Positions 38,680 through 46,127 of a stretch of DNA of 64,000 nucleotides are shown piece after piece (the first letter of the stretch is position 1; each line of letters begins with the position of its first letter). The notes under the pieces were generated by a model that saw only the letters and a program-made list of their open reading frames with translations, ran no database searches and had not been told where the DNA came from. A program made the translations under genes and the position numbers. Source of the DNA: Thermodesulfobacteriota bacterium (GTDB lineage Bacteria; Desulfobacterota; Binatia; Bin18); NCBI GenBank assembly GCA_964291405.2, contig OZ219926.1, forward strand, positions 4,224,001-4,288,000, in the 5' to 3' direction.

Positions 38680-39848
38680 CGAATCCCGACCTCCTTGCCG
38701 GCTGCGGCAAACGCGTCCAGCGTGCGCGACAGGTGGTCCTGGGTGTGAGTTGCCATGGGGGTCACGCGAATACGCGAGGTACCCTCCGGAACGGTTGGTG
38801 GGCGGATGCCGTGGGCAAAGACGCCACGCTGGAGGATAGCAGCGGCCACGGTCATCGTCTCGCGTGCCTCGCCGATGATGACCGGCAGAATCTGCGAGCG
38901 GGTCGCGCCCAGCGTATAGCCGATCGAATGGAGTCCGTCTGCCAACACCTGGGTGTTGGCCCACAACTGTTGTCGCCGCTCAGGCTCCTGCTCCACAATA
39001 TCGAGGGCGGCGAGGACCGCCACCGCGACCGCGGGTGGAATCGCCGTGGTATAGATGAAACTCCGCGCCCGATTCACCAGCCAGTCAATCAGCTCGTGAC
39101 TGCCGGCCACAAAGGCCCCCACGCAGCCTAGGGCCTTGCCCAAAGTGCCCATCTGGATATCGACCCGCTCGGTCAGGCCAAGTTCTTCGACCAGGCCGCT
39201 ACCGTGTGGCCCGAACACGCCGGTTGCGTGGGCCTCATCAACCATCACCCAGGCGTCATACTGTTGGGCCAGGCTGACAATCTCCGCTAGTGGGGCCAGA
39301 TCGCCGTCCATGCTGAACACGCTGTCTGTCACAATCAGGCGCTGGCCGGTCGCTGGGCACGCTTTCAGCAGTTCACCCAGATGCTCGGTATCGGTGTGAC
39401 GATAGACCCGAGTATCAGCCCGTGACAGGCGGCAGCCGTCAATGATGCTGGCGTGATTCAGGCTATCGCTCAAGATCGTATCGCCCGGTCCCATCAGGGC
39501 GGACAGGACCCCGATATTGGCGTGATAGCCCGTCGGAAAAACAAGAGCGGCCTCTGTTTTTTTAAGTATGGCAAGGCGGTGTTCCAACTCGTGATGGACA
39601 GCCATGGAACCGGAAATCAAGCGCGAAGCGCCGCTGCCACAGCCATACTGCGCAATCGCCTCTTGGGCCGCTTGCTTGAGGGCCGGATGATTGGCCAAAC
39701 CCAGGTAATTATTGGAAGAAAACAGCAACACCTCTTGGCCTTCAAGGACAATGGCCGCGTCCTGCGCACCCTCAACTGCGCGTAGGCGACGATACAAGCC
39801 GTTCTCTTTCACCTCGGCCAGCCGGGCCGTGAGTCTCTCTTTACGCAT
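38676..39848 (-). CDS. bioF: 8-amino-7-oxononanoate synthase
   Basis: SSNNYLGL, GSGASRL, DEAHATG, GTLGKA. Confidence 0.95.
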   Translation of the reverse strand: MRKERLTARLAEVKENGLYRRLRAVEGAQDAAIVLEGQEVLLFSSNNYLGLANHPALKQAAQEAIAQYGCGSGASRLISGSMAVHHELEHRLAILKKTEAALVFPTGYHANIGVLSALMGPGDTILSDSLNHASIIDGCRLSRADTRVYRHTDTEHLGELLKACPATGQRLIVTDSVFSMDGDLAPLAEIVSLAQQYDAWVMVDEAHATGVFGPHGSGLVEELGLTERVDIQMGTLGKALGCVGAFVAGSHELIDWLVNRARSFIYTTAIPPAVAVAVLAALDIVEQEPERRQQLWANTQVLADGLHSIGYTLGATRSQILPVIIGEARETMTVAAAILQRGVFAHGIRPPTVPEGTSRIRVTPMATHTQDHLSRTLDAFAAAGKEVGIR

Positions 39849-39901
39849 GCGCGCTCATACTACCCTTTTGAGAACTCGATCAAAAGGTGGTACGAGGAAA
39901 C

Positions 39902-40345
39902 ATGCTTTCACCCGTTGAAAAACTGAACGCCGCCCTGCGCGAAAACCGGCCCGAAGGCTATGTCACACAAGCGCACCGGGAGATTGGTCTGCGGCCGGTG
40001 CGGTTCGGTCCTGGTACGTCCGAATGGGAGTGGGACGCCAGCCACCCCCGCGTGTTGAATCCGTTCGGCTATGTGGCCGGCGGCTATCTGAGCGTTTTTG
40101 CTGACGAGTTGCTGAGCAGTGCAATCGGGTCGGTCATGGACGAGGGCGAATTTGCCACAACCGCCGAGCTGAAAATCAGTTTTCTCAAGCCGGTCAAGAA
40201 GGGCCTGGTCAAAGGGGCGGGTAAAGTCCTGCGGAAAGGCCAGCGGGTCGCCTTTGTTGAAGCGACCATCCACAATGCACAAGATGAGGTTGTCGCCACG
40301 GTGAGCAGTACCTGGACCGTGGTGGCAACAAAAGGGGCAAAATAA
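39902..40345 (+). CDS. PaaI family hotdog thioesterase
   Basis: NPFGYVAGG..FAD, TAELKISFLKP. Confidence 0.85.
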   Translation: MLSPVEKLNAALRENRPEGYVTQAHREIGLRPVRFGPGTSEWEWDASHPRVLNPFGYVAGGYLSVFADELLSSAIGSVMDEGEFATTAELKISFLKPVKKGLVKGAGKVLRKGQRVAFVEATIHNAQDEVVATVSSTWTVVATKGAK

Positions 40346-40369
40346 CGAACCGAAGAAAAGAGCGTCAAA

Positions 40370-40460
40370 ATCCCCTCTTGGGAGGGAAAGAGGAAACGTG
40401 TCAACATCTGCCTGTTCTTTTGAAGGACACGCTTTGTGCCGCGTAGCGGCGGGGTGGGTT
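40370..40460. repeat. REP-like element interrupted by a ~49-bp insert
   Basis: TCCCCTCTTGGGAGGG ... GTGCCGCGTAGCGGCGGGGTGGGTT; the last 25 nt are identical to 61781-61805. Confidence 0.75.
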
Positions 40461-40557
40461 CCTCGTGTATTCTCGCTGAGCGGTGTGATACGGAGATAAA
40501 AACCCCCAGATCAGACTCGCAAGCCAAACTGACCTGAGAGAAAAAGGAGATCAGCGT

Positions 40558-41004
40558 ATGGGTATTGTCGAACGGTTCCTGGAATATGCACAGGCTTTTG
40601 AAGACGCGTATGACAGCGATGACTGGTCGCTGCTTGAGCCTTATTTCACCGAGGACGCGGTATACGATTTCATTGCCGGGCCACCCCTGGGCGGACGGCA
40701 TGACAGCCGGGCCACGATCCTGAGCGATTTTCAGGTCGCGGTGAATGGCTTCGACCGTCGCTTTACCTCACGTCGCGTTGAATTCGCTGAGGGACCAATG
40801 GAAAAGAACGGCGAGGTCTGGATGCGCTGGGTTGCGACTTACACCCTGGACGGTGCGCCCGACTGTCGCATGGAAGGCGAAGAGCGAGCCGTCTTTGAGG
40901 ACGACCGCATCAGTCTGCTGGAAGACAAAGTCTCTGATGAGGAATGCCAACGTCTGGTCGCGTATCTGGAAGCGCACGGCGGCAAGCTGAAACCCGTGGC
41001 CTGA
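40558..41004 (+). CDS. SnoaL-like/NTF2 family protein
   Basis: YFTEDAVY; typical length; AAGGAG RBS. Confidence 0.75.
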   Translation: MGIVERFLEYAQAFEDAYDSDDWSLLEPYFTEDAVYDFIAGPPLGGRHDSRATILSDFQVAVNGFDRRFTSRRVEFAEGPMEKNGEVWMRWVATYTLDGAPDCRMEGEERAVFEDDRISLLEDKVSDEECQRLVAYLEAHGGKLKPVA

Positions 41005-41096
41005 GCAGTGCCCGAAAAAATAGAATTGAGCATACACGGACAGATGGGCCCGCAGGAACTGCGAGCATAGGAAGATACACAACAGGAGGATTTGTT

Positions 41097-42185
41097 ATGC
41101 AAGTCGGGACAATCGCACTCTTTCAACGCTATGGCTATGACGACAGTGTGACGGACAGCCAGGTCTACCGGGAAGAGTTGGCTCTGGCCTCGCAGCTAGA
41201 GGAACTCGGTTATGATTCGCACTGGTCTGTGGAGCATCATTTTGAGGACTACTCCTTTTGTCCCGATAACGCCGTCTATCTGGGCCATCTGGCGGCCATC
41301 ACCACAACGCTCAAGCTGGCCACCGGCGCGGTCATCGTGCCGTGGAATACGCCGCTGCGTTCAGCCGAGAAGGTTGCGCTGTTGGACGAGCTGTCGAACG
41401 GCCGGGTGATCTTTGGTATGGGTCGCGGCTTGTCACGCCGGGAGTATGACCAGTTCGGTATTGATATGGACACCTCACGGGAGCGTTTTGACGAAGCTGT
41501 GCCCATGATTCTCAACGCCCTGGAGACCGGCATTATTGAGGGCAACGGGAAATATTATCAGCAACCACGGGCGCCGATTCGTCCCAAGCCCACGCGGACA
41601 TTCAAGGGCCGCACGACCCAGGTGGCGATGTCGCCCGATTCGGCCCTGGAAGCGGCCAAGCACTGCGCCCAGATGATGGTCTTCACCCAAAAGTCGATTG
41701 AGGAGCACAATGCGGATTTTGAACCCTATCGAACTCTGTTTCGCGAACTCCACGGCATTGATGCCCCTCCGCCCATGATGGCCGGCATGTCTGTCTGCCA
41801 CGAAGACGCTGGCCGGGCCGAGGAGCTGGCCCACAAATACATCGCCGGCTATCTGCTGTCGGCCATGCACCATTACGAACTCATGGGCGATCACTTCAAG
41901 AATGCCAAGGGCTACGAAGCTTATGGCGACGCCGTAGACACGCTGCGTGAGTTGGGCCTTGAAGGTATGGCCGAGATGTATGTCAACGCTCAGGCCTGGG
42001 GCACCCCGCAGCAGATTCTGGACAAGCTGTCCCACTGGCGAGAGGTGGTCGGACGGTTTGATCTCATCTTCGGCTTTCGCGGGGCCGGGATGCCGTTCGA
42101 GGATGCCGAGCGCTCACAGCGTTTAATCGCGCAAAAAGTTATTCCCGAACTCCGGCAATGGGACGTTGAAGCAAAGGCGGCCTAG
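41097..42185 (+). CDS. LLM class (luciferase-like) monooxygenase
   Basis: WSVEHHF, PLRSAEKVALLDELSNGR, GMGRG. Confidence 0.9.
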   Translation: MQVGTIALFQRYGYDDSVTDSQVYREELALASQLEELGYDSHWSVEHHFEDYSFCPDNAVYLGHLAAITTTLKLATGAVIVPWNTPLRSAEKVALLDELSNGRVIFGMGRGLSRREYDQFGIDMDTSRERFDEAVPMILNALETGIIEGNGKYYQQPRAPIRPKPTRTFKGRTTQVAMSPDSALEAAKHCAQMMVFTQKSIEEHNADFEPYRTLFRELHGIDAPPPMMAGMSVCHEDAGRAEELAHKYIAGYLLSAMHHYELMGDHFKNAKGYEAYGDAVDTLRELGLEGMAEMYVNAQAWGTPQQILDKLSHWREVVGRFDLIFGFRGAGMPFEDAERSQRLIAQKVIPELRQWDVEAKAA

Positions 42186-42320
42186 GCCGTTTGTTTCGTC
42201 CGCGTTCGGCTCTTTGAAGGAATTAGGAAAAGAGCGGTGGGGTCTGGATGAGGTGGGCCGCGGTCTACAGGTCTGTGTTCCCACCGATTTGATCCAGTAT
42301 GACTTTTTGTGAGGAAATAC

Positions 42321-42608
42321 GTGAGCCACGAGTTCGAATGGGATAAGAACAAGAATCGAGAAAATCAGGAGAAGCATGGCGTCGCATTTGAAGATGCGCA
42401 GTACGCCTTCGCTGATCCGAATCGCGTGATCGCCAAAGACGTGACCCATAGTCAGGAAGAGGAGAGGTGGTATTGTTTTGGCAAGGTCGGAGCGGGTATC
42501 CTCACCGTTCGGTTTACCTATCGAGGCAACATTATCCGCATTATCGGCGCTGGGTATTGGCGGAAAGGAAAACAGACCTATGAAAAAGAAAATCACATAC
42601 ACGGATGA
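42321..42608 (+). CDS. brnT: BrnT family toxin
   Basis: FEWDKNKNRENQEKHGVAF, HSQEEER, IRIIGA. Confidence 0.92.
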   Translation: MSHEFEWDKNKNRENQEKHGVAFEDAQYAFADPNRVIAKDVTHSQEEERWYCFGKVGAGILTVRFTYRGNIIRIIGAGYWRKGKQTYEKENHIHG

Positions 42609-42807
42609 GCCCTTGGGCGATATCCAGGTTGTGGAGGACTTTTTGCCCTCGCCGGAGCAACTTACTTTTAAGAAGGACGAAGCCAAAGTTACAGGCGATA
42701 AACGCGTAAAAAGGGAGCTGGCGAAACGGAGGAGCAGAAGGGCAAAAGCTATGCGTCCTGGTGAAGTCAAATCAGACGAGCAAGAGAATCAAAGGGAGCG
42801 TCATTAA
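42580..42807 (+). pseudogene. BrnA/CopG-type antitoxin, apparently truncated
   Basis: MKKKITYTDEPLG..VEDFLPSPEQL..KVT is the usual N-terminus; the expected RHH C-terminus is replaced by unrelated sequence. Confidence 0.6.
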
Positions 42808-43060
42808 CGAATTAGCCAATCTAAAAAGAGCGGCATAGCCAAAACCCTTACAATACTCTGCTCTCGAAGAATCCGTCTTATCCGCCTGGATTCCTGTGAA
42901 AGAATCCGGCTTCATTTTCTATCGTCAAAAATTTGTCATTCCAGCCCCACTTTTTGTCCATCCTCATTAAAATTCAAAAAATCCTTTGAATTCAAAGGGT
43001 TAACGACTGGTTTTTTGCCTCGAGAGGACTAACAAATTTTATAGAACGGTTTGTTATCTA

Positions 43061-43091
43061 TTGACATATATAAAGATTATATTTATACCAT
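43061..43091 (+). promoter_or_regulatory. putative sigma70 promoter in AT-rich DNA
   Basis: Perfect TTGACA at 43061; -10 candidates TATACC or TACCAT; overlapping TATAAA-N7-TTTATA inverted repeat. Confidence 0.5.
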
Positions 43092-43402
43092 TCTTGGAGA
43101 CAAAAAAGAAGCTCGGGAATACAAAAATCACTCACGCAGATGAGCATTCCAGCTCGCCCTGCTGGAAAATGCTTCGTCCGTCTCAACGCCTGCTAGGGAC
43201 TGATGGCTAAGGGTCAATGACCTGCTCTGTGGGTTCTTAAAGCCGCCGCCAGCAAGACCCCAAGCGGTGATTGCCCAATTTCCAGGCCTAGCTGGAGTTG
43301 GGAATTGCCGACCGGCTTGATAGGGGTGTCGGCAGCAGGATTAGATTGGCTCCTTTCCGATAAGGAAGACAACGGCGAGGAGTAACCTGGAGAGGGGGAT
43401 TC

Positions 43403-43672
43403 ATGTACACGGCTCATGCTAAGGTCCGCATGCAACAGCGCGCTATACCGTCAAGCATCGTGAATCTACTTCTCGATTATGGCGAGAAGGCCTCCGCCGG
43501 GCGCGGTAGTGAAATATTCTATTTCGGCAAGCGTGGCCGACGGCGCGTTCTTCGTTCCAAGGGACCGGCCGTTTCGAGGCGACTTGAAGGGCACTGGCGC
43601 GACTACGTGGTCGTGGCCGATGGTCAGGTTGTGACGTGTGGCAAACGATATCGACGGATTCGCCGTGGTTGA
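43403..43672 (+). CDS. DUF4258-like small basic protein (putative RelE/BECR-fold RNase)
   Basis: TAHAKVRMQQRAI..LLDYG and VVVADGQVVT pattern; GAGGGGG RBS. Confidence 0.7.
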   Translation: MYTAHAKVRMQQRAIPSSIVNLLLDYGEKASAGRGSEIFYFGKRGRRRVLRSKGPAVSRRLEGHWRDYVVVADGQVVTCGKRYRRIRRG

Positions 43673-44221
43673 ACTAAGGTTTTAGGAGCTATTGTCGGGA
43701 GAGAAGTTCTTGACGAGAAAGAGGAATGACCGGATTTACTATCTCTACCAGAGATCCCCTATTAGTGAAAAATAATCTCCACAAGATCTGAATGGCGAGG
43801 GAATGGGAAATGCAAGGTCATCTATTGTTATTTCGTGCTTCAATCGGCGGTAATACAAGCAAACAAGATTCGTAATGAGGGAACGCAAGCGGGCTTACAG
43901 TCCCCGTACTCAAATTCCTGGCTATGGCGTGCGAGGAAAAATGCCTGTTGGGGAGGTTTACGGAACGGGCTTCTTCTAAGGATATCACAAAAATTGAGAA
44001 GGAACTCGACCCTATGAACAGAGGTCCCATCAGGACCGCTCCACAAAAATAAGTCCGGGCCTTGGAGTAACTTTGACAAGGATAATACTATGCAAAAAGA
44101 AACGGGCTACACCGCGAAATCGAGTAGTGCAAACTGAGTCCGGTCCGTGGTCTGGCAATCGCGGCTGGACAGCCTATTAGAAGAGCTTCCCGGCGTCAAT
44201 TGCCAAAAGCGGACAACTCAG

Positions 44222-44319
44222 TGCAGCAATGGGACGTCAATTACCTGAGATCAATGCACAAGGGTATTGCGATAGCAAAATTCTGCCCCGAATGTGGTGA
44301 GGAACTGCGAGCTGAATAG
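44222..44319 (+). pseudogene. remnant of a gene ending in a zinc ribbon
   Basis: Broken frames give C..GRQLPEINAQG / IAKFCPECGEELRAE*. Confidence 0.4.
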
Positions 44320-44627
44320 AGGGAGCGGAGGCAAAGTGTATGTTGGAGCATGAAGGGAATCACGGCTCAAGAACCGCAGGGGCCACTGGCTTCAATCAAT
44401 TGACCCAACTGCGGAGAAAACGGGAAGCTGACACTCAAGATTATTGCAAGAAGGCTTTAGCTGAGAATTATTCGCTACGAAGGGATTAGCGAACGATGAA
44501 CATCATACTGGACAGCATGAAAACCGTAACGCGGATACTTCTTGTCGCTGTATTCGCGCTCGTTCCAATCGTTCCCGAGTCAGTGTTCGCTGAGCCATAC
44601 AGCCCGCCGTCTTTCAGCCCCCGCAGC

Positions 44628-44729
44628 AGCCCGTCGTATACGAGCCCGTCTTCCAGTTCCTACCGGAGCCCATCGTATACGAGTCCGTCTTCCAGTTCCT
44701 ACCGGAGCCCATCGTATACAAGCCCATCG
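44628..44729 (+). repeat. 39-bp tandem repeat (~2.6 copies, SPSYTSPSSSSYR)
   Basis: Copies start at 44628, 44667 and 44706. Confidence 0.92.
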
Positions 44730-45008
44730 TTGCCGAACTACACGTACAAATCGCAGAGCAAGAGCTATAGTGTCGGCGATTACAGCCGTCACACCTATAA
44801 ATACAAAGACAGCCTCGGCAACCGCCACAAGAGCAAGACCCAGGTCCTGCCCAGTGGGACGACCGTCACCAAGGGTAAATACCGCAGTTCGCGCCCGAGT
44901 CCGTTGTTACCGAGCTATACGTACAAATCGCAGAGCAAGAGCTACAGCGTAGGCGATTACAGCCGTCACACCTATAAATACAAAGACAGCCTCGGCAACC
45001 GCCATAAG
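44730..45008 (+). repeat. 102-bp direct repeat with a 177-bp period
   Basis: 44730-44831 versus 44907-45008 (YTYKSQSKSYSVGDYSRHTYKYKDSLGNRHK). Confidence 0.92.
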
Positions 45009-45123
45009 GGACAATCGAAGTGTTCCCTGGTGGTGCGGTCAGACACAAAGGCAAGGTCAACGGCAAGAAGTTCAAAGGGACGTATCGAAACGGTGATAAG
45101 CTGCCTTGCCCACCGATTAAGCT

Positions 45124-45420
45124 ATGAACCCCCGAGTCAAAACAGTAACCCCAACAGACGATTACAGATTATTCCTGACCTTCACCAATGGAGAGCACGG
45201 GATTTATGATTGCTCTCCGTTGCTTGACTTTGGTGTCTTCCAAGAACTCAGGGAAGAAAGTTATTTCCAGCAAGTCGCGGTTGTGGACGGTACGGTGGCA
45301 TGGCCGCACGGCCAGGATATCTGCCCGGATACGCTCTATCTTGACGCGTGCAGAGAAGGAGTCGCCGCTACAAGAGCCGAACCCAGCTACCCTCAGTGGG
45401 ACGACCGTAACCAGGGGTAA
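45124..45420 (+). CDS. DUF2442 family protein (antitoxin-like), orphan
   Basis: V..V.PTDDYRL.LTFTNGE, GTVAWPHGQDICPDTLY. Confidence 0.85.
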   Translation: MNPRVKTVTPTDDYRLFLTFTNGEHGIYDCSPLLDFGVFQELREESYFQQVAVVDGTVAWPHGQDICPDTLYLDACREGVAATRAEPSYPQWDDRNQG

Positions 45421-45446
45421 GTACCGCAGTCCGCGTCCGTTGTTGT

Positions 45447-45971
45447 ATGACAGAGCATACCATCAAGCGTCCGCTGAAGCGTCCTCCTATCCACCTTGGT
45501 GAAGTAGTGCGGGAGGATGTCTTACCAGCCTTGGGCCTTTCCATTAGCGAAGCGGCCCGTCGCCTCAGGGTTTCGCGTCAGCAACTCCACCGGGTACTCG
45601 CTTGTACCCATCCGGTCTCGACCGAGATGGCACTCCGGCTTGGTAAACTTGCCGGCAATGGCCCTGGGCTCTGGCTTCGGATGCAGCAGAACCATGATGT
45701 CTGGCACACAGAGCAGCGTCTCAAGAACGAATTGAAAAAAATTAAGCCGGGGCTTGTGGAGAGAGCAGGGACGGTTAGAGTGTTAACGAATCGACCGCTC
45801 TGTTACCGTCATGGAAGCCGCCGTCGGAGGGGACCCCGCGACCCGAATCGCCCTGGTATGGCCGATAACCCGCGAGACGTGGGCCTTCACCGGCTGATGC
45901 TCAACGAAGATTACAAAGAAATATTGCAAGGCTTGTTAGACGCGAAGATGCTCCGCCAGCATGAGGAATAG
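45447..45971 (+). CDS. higA: HigA family antitoxin with a non-native C-terminal extension
   Basis: PPIHLGEVVRED, SISEAA, EMALRLGK, WLRMQQNHD; after about aa 100 it reads into remnants of another module. Confidence 0.8.
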   Translation: MTEHTIKRPLKRPPIHLGEVVREDVLPALGLSISEAARRLRVSRQQLHRVLACTHPVSTEMALRLGKLAGNGPGLWLRMQQNHDVWHTEQRLKNELKKIKPGLVERAGTVRVLTNRPLCYRHGSRRRRGPRDPNRPGMADNPRDVGLHRLMLNEDYKEILQGLLDAKMLRQHEE

Positions 45972-45984
45972 TCAGTTTGCACTT

Positions 45985-46121
45985 CCCCCTCACCCCAGCT
46001 CCCTTCGACTCCGCTTACGCTACGCTCAGGGTGAACGGATGTGCCGCTCGTGCTGAGCGTAGCCCCAGAGGGGCGGAGTCGAAGTACGCTCAGGACAGGC
46101 TCTCCCGTCAGGGGCGAGGGA
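45985..46121. repeat. nested REP-like palindromic elements
   Basis: Outer CCCCCTCACCCC..CTCTCCC..GGGGCGAGGG; middle CCCTTCGACT..ACGCTCAGGACAGGC; inner CTTCGACTCCGC/GCGGAGTCGAAG and GCTACGCTCAG/CTGAGCGTAGC inverted repeats. Confidence 0.7.
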
Positions 46122-46127
46122 CGAGAT

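Larger units (their letters stand above)
44496..45127 (+). pseudogene. secreted Ser/Tyr/Lys-rich repeat protein, frameshifted near 45010
   Basis: Signal peptide; internal 39-bp and 177-bp repeats; shifted frame continues TIEVFPGGAVRHKGK, parallel to repeat 1, and stops at an ATGA overlap with the 45124 gene. Confidence 0.6.

Noticed and set aside
38680-38964. N-terminal extension of bioA in the ORF track (similar extensions for 12622, 24512, 40944, 51690, 53811, 57431, 59211)
   Set aside because: They overlap upstream genes or regulatory DNA; downstream ATGs with RBS or ATGA coupling fit the family starts
42808-44495. Prophage or IS in the lower-GC segment
   Set aside because: No integrase, transposase, phage gene or terminal repeats visible
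44628-45008. Direct repeats as a possible CRISPR array
   Set aside because: Repeats are in-frame coding units (39 and 177 bp periods) with third-position differences; no unique spacers and no cas genes
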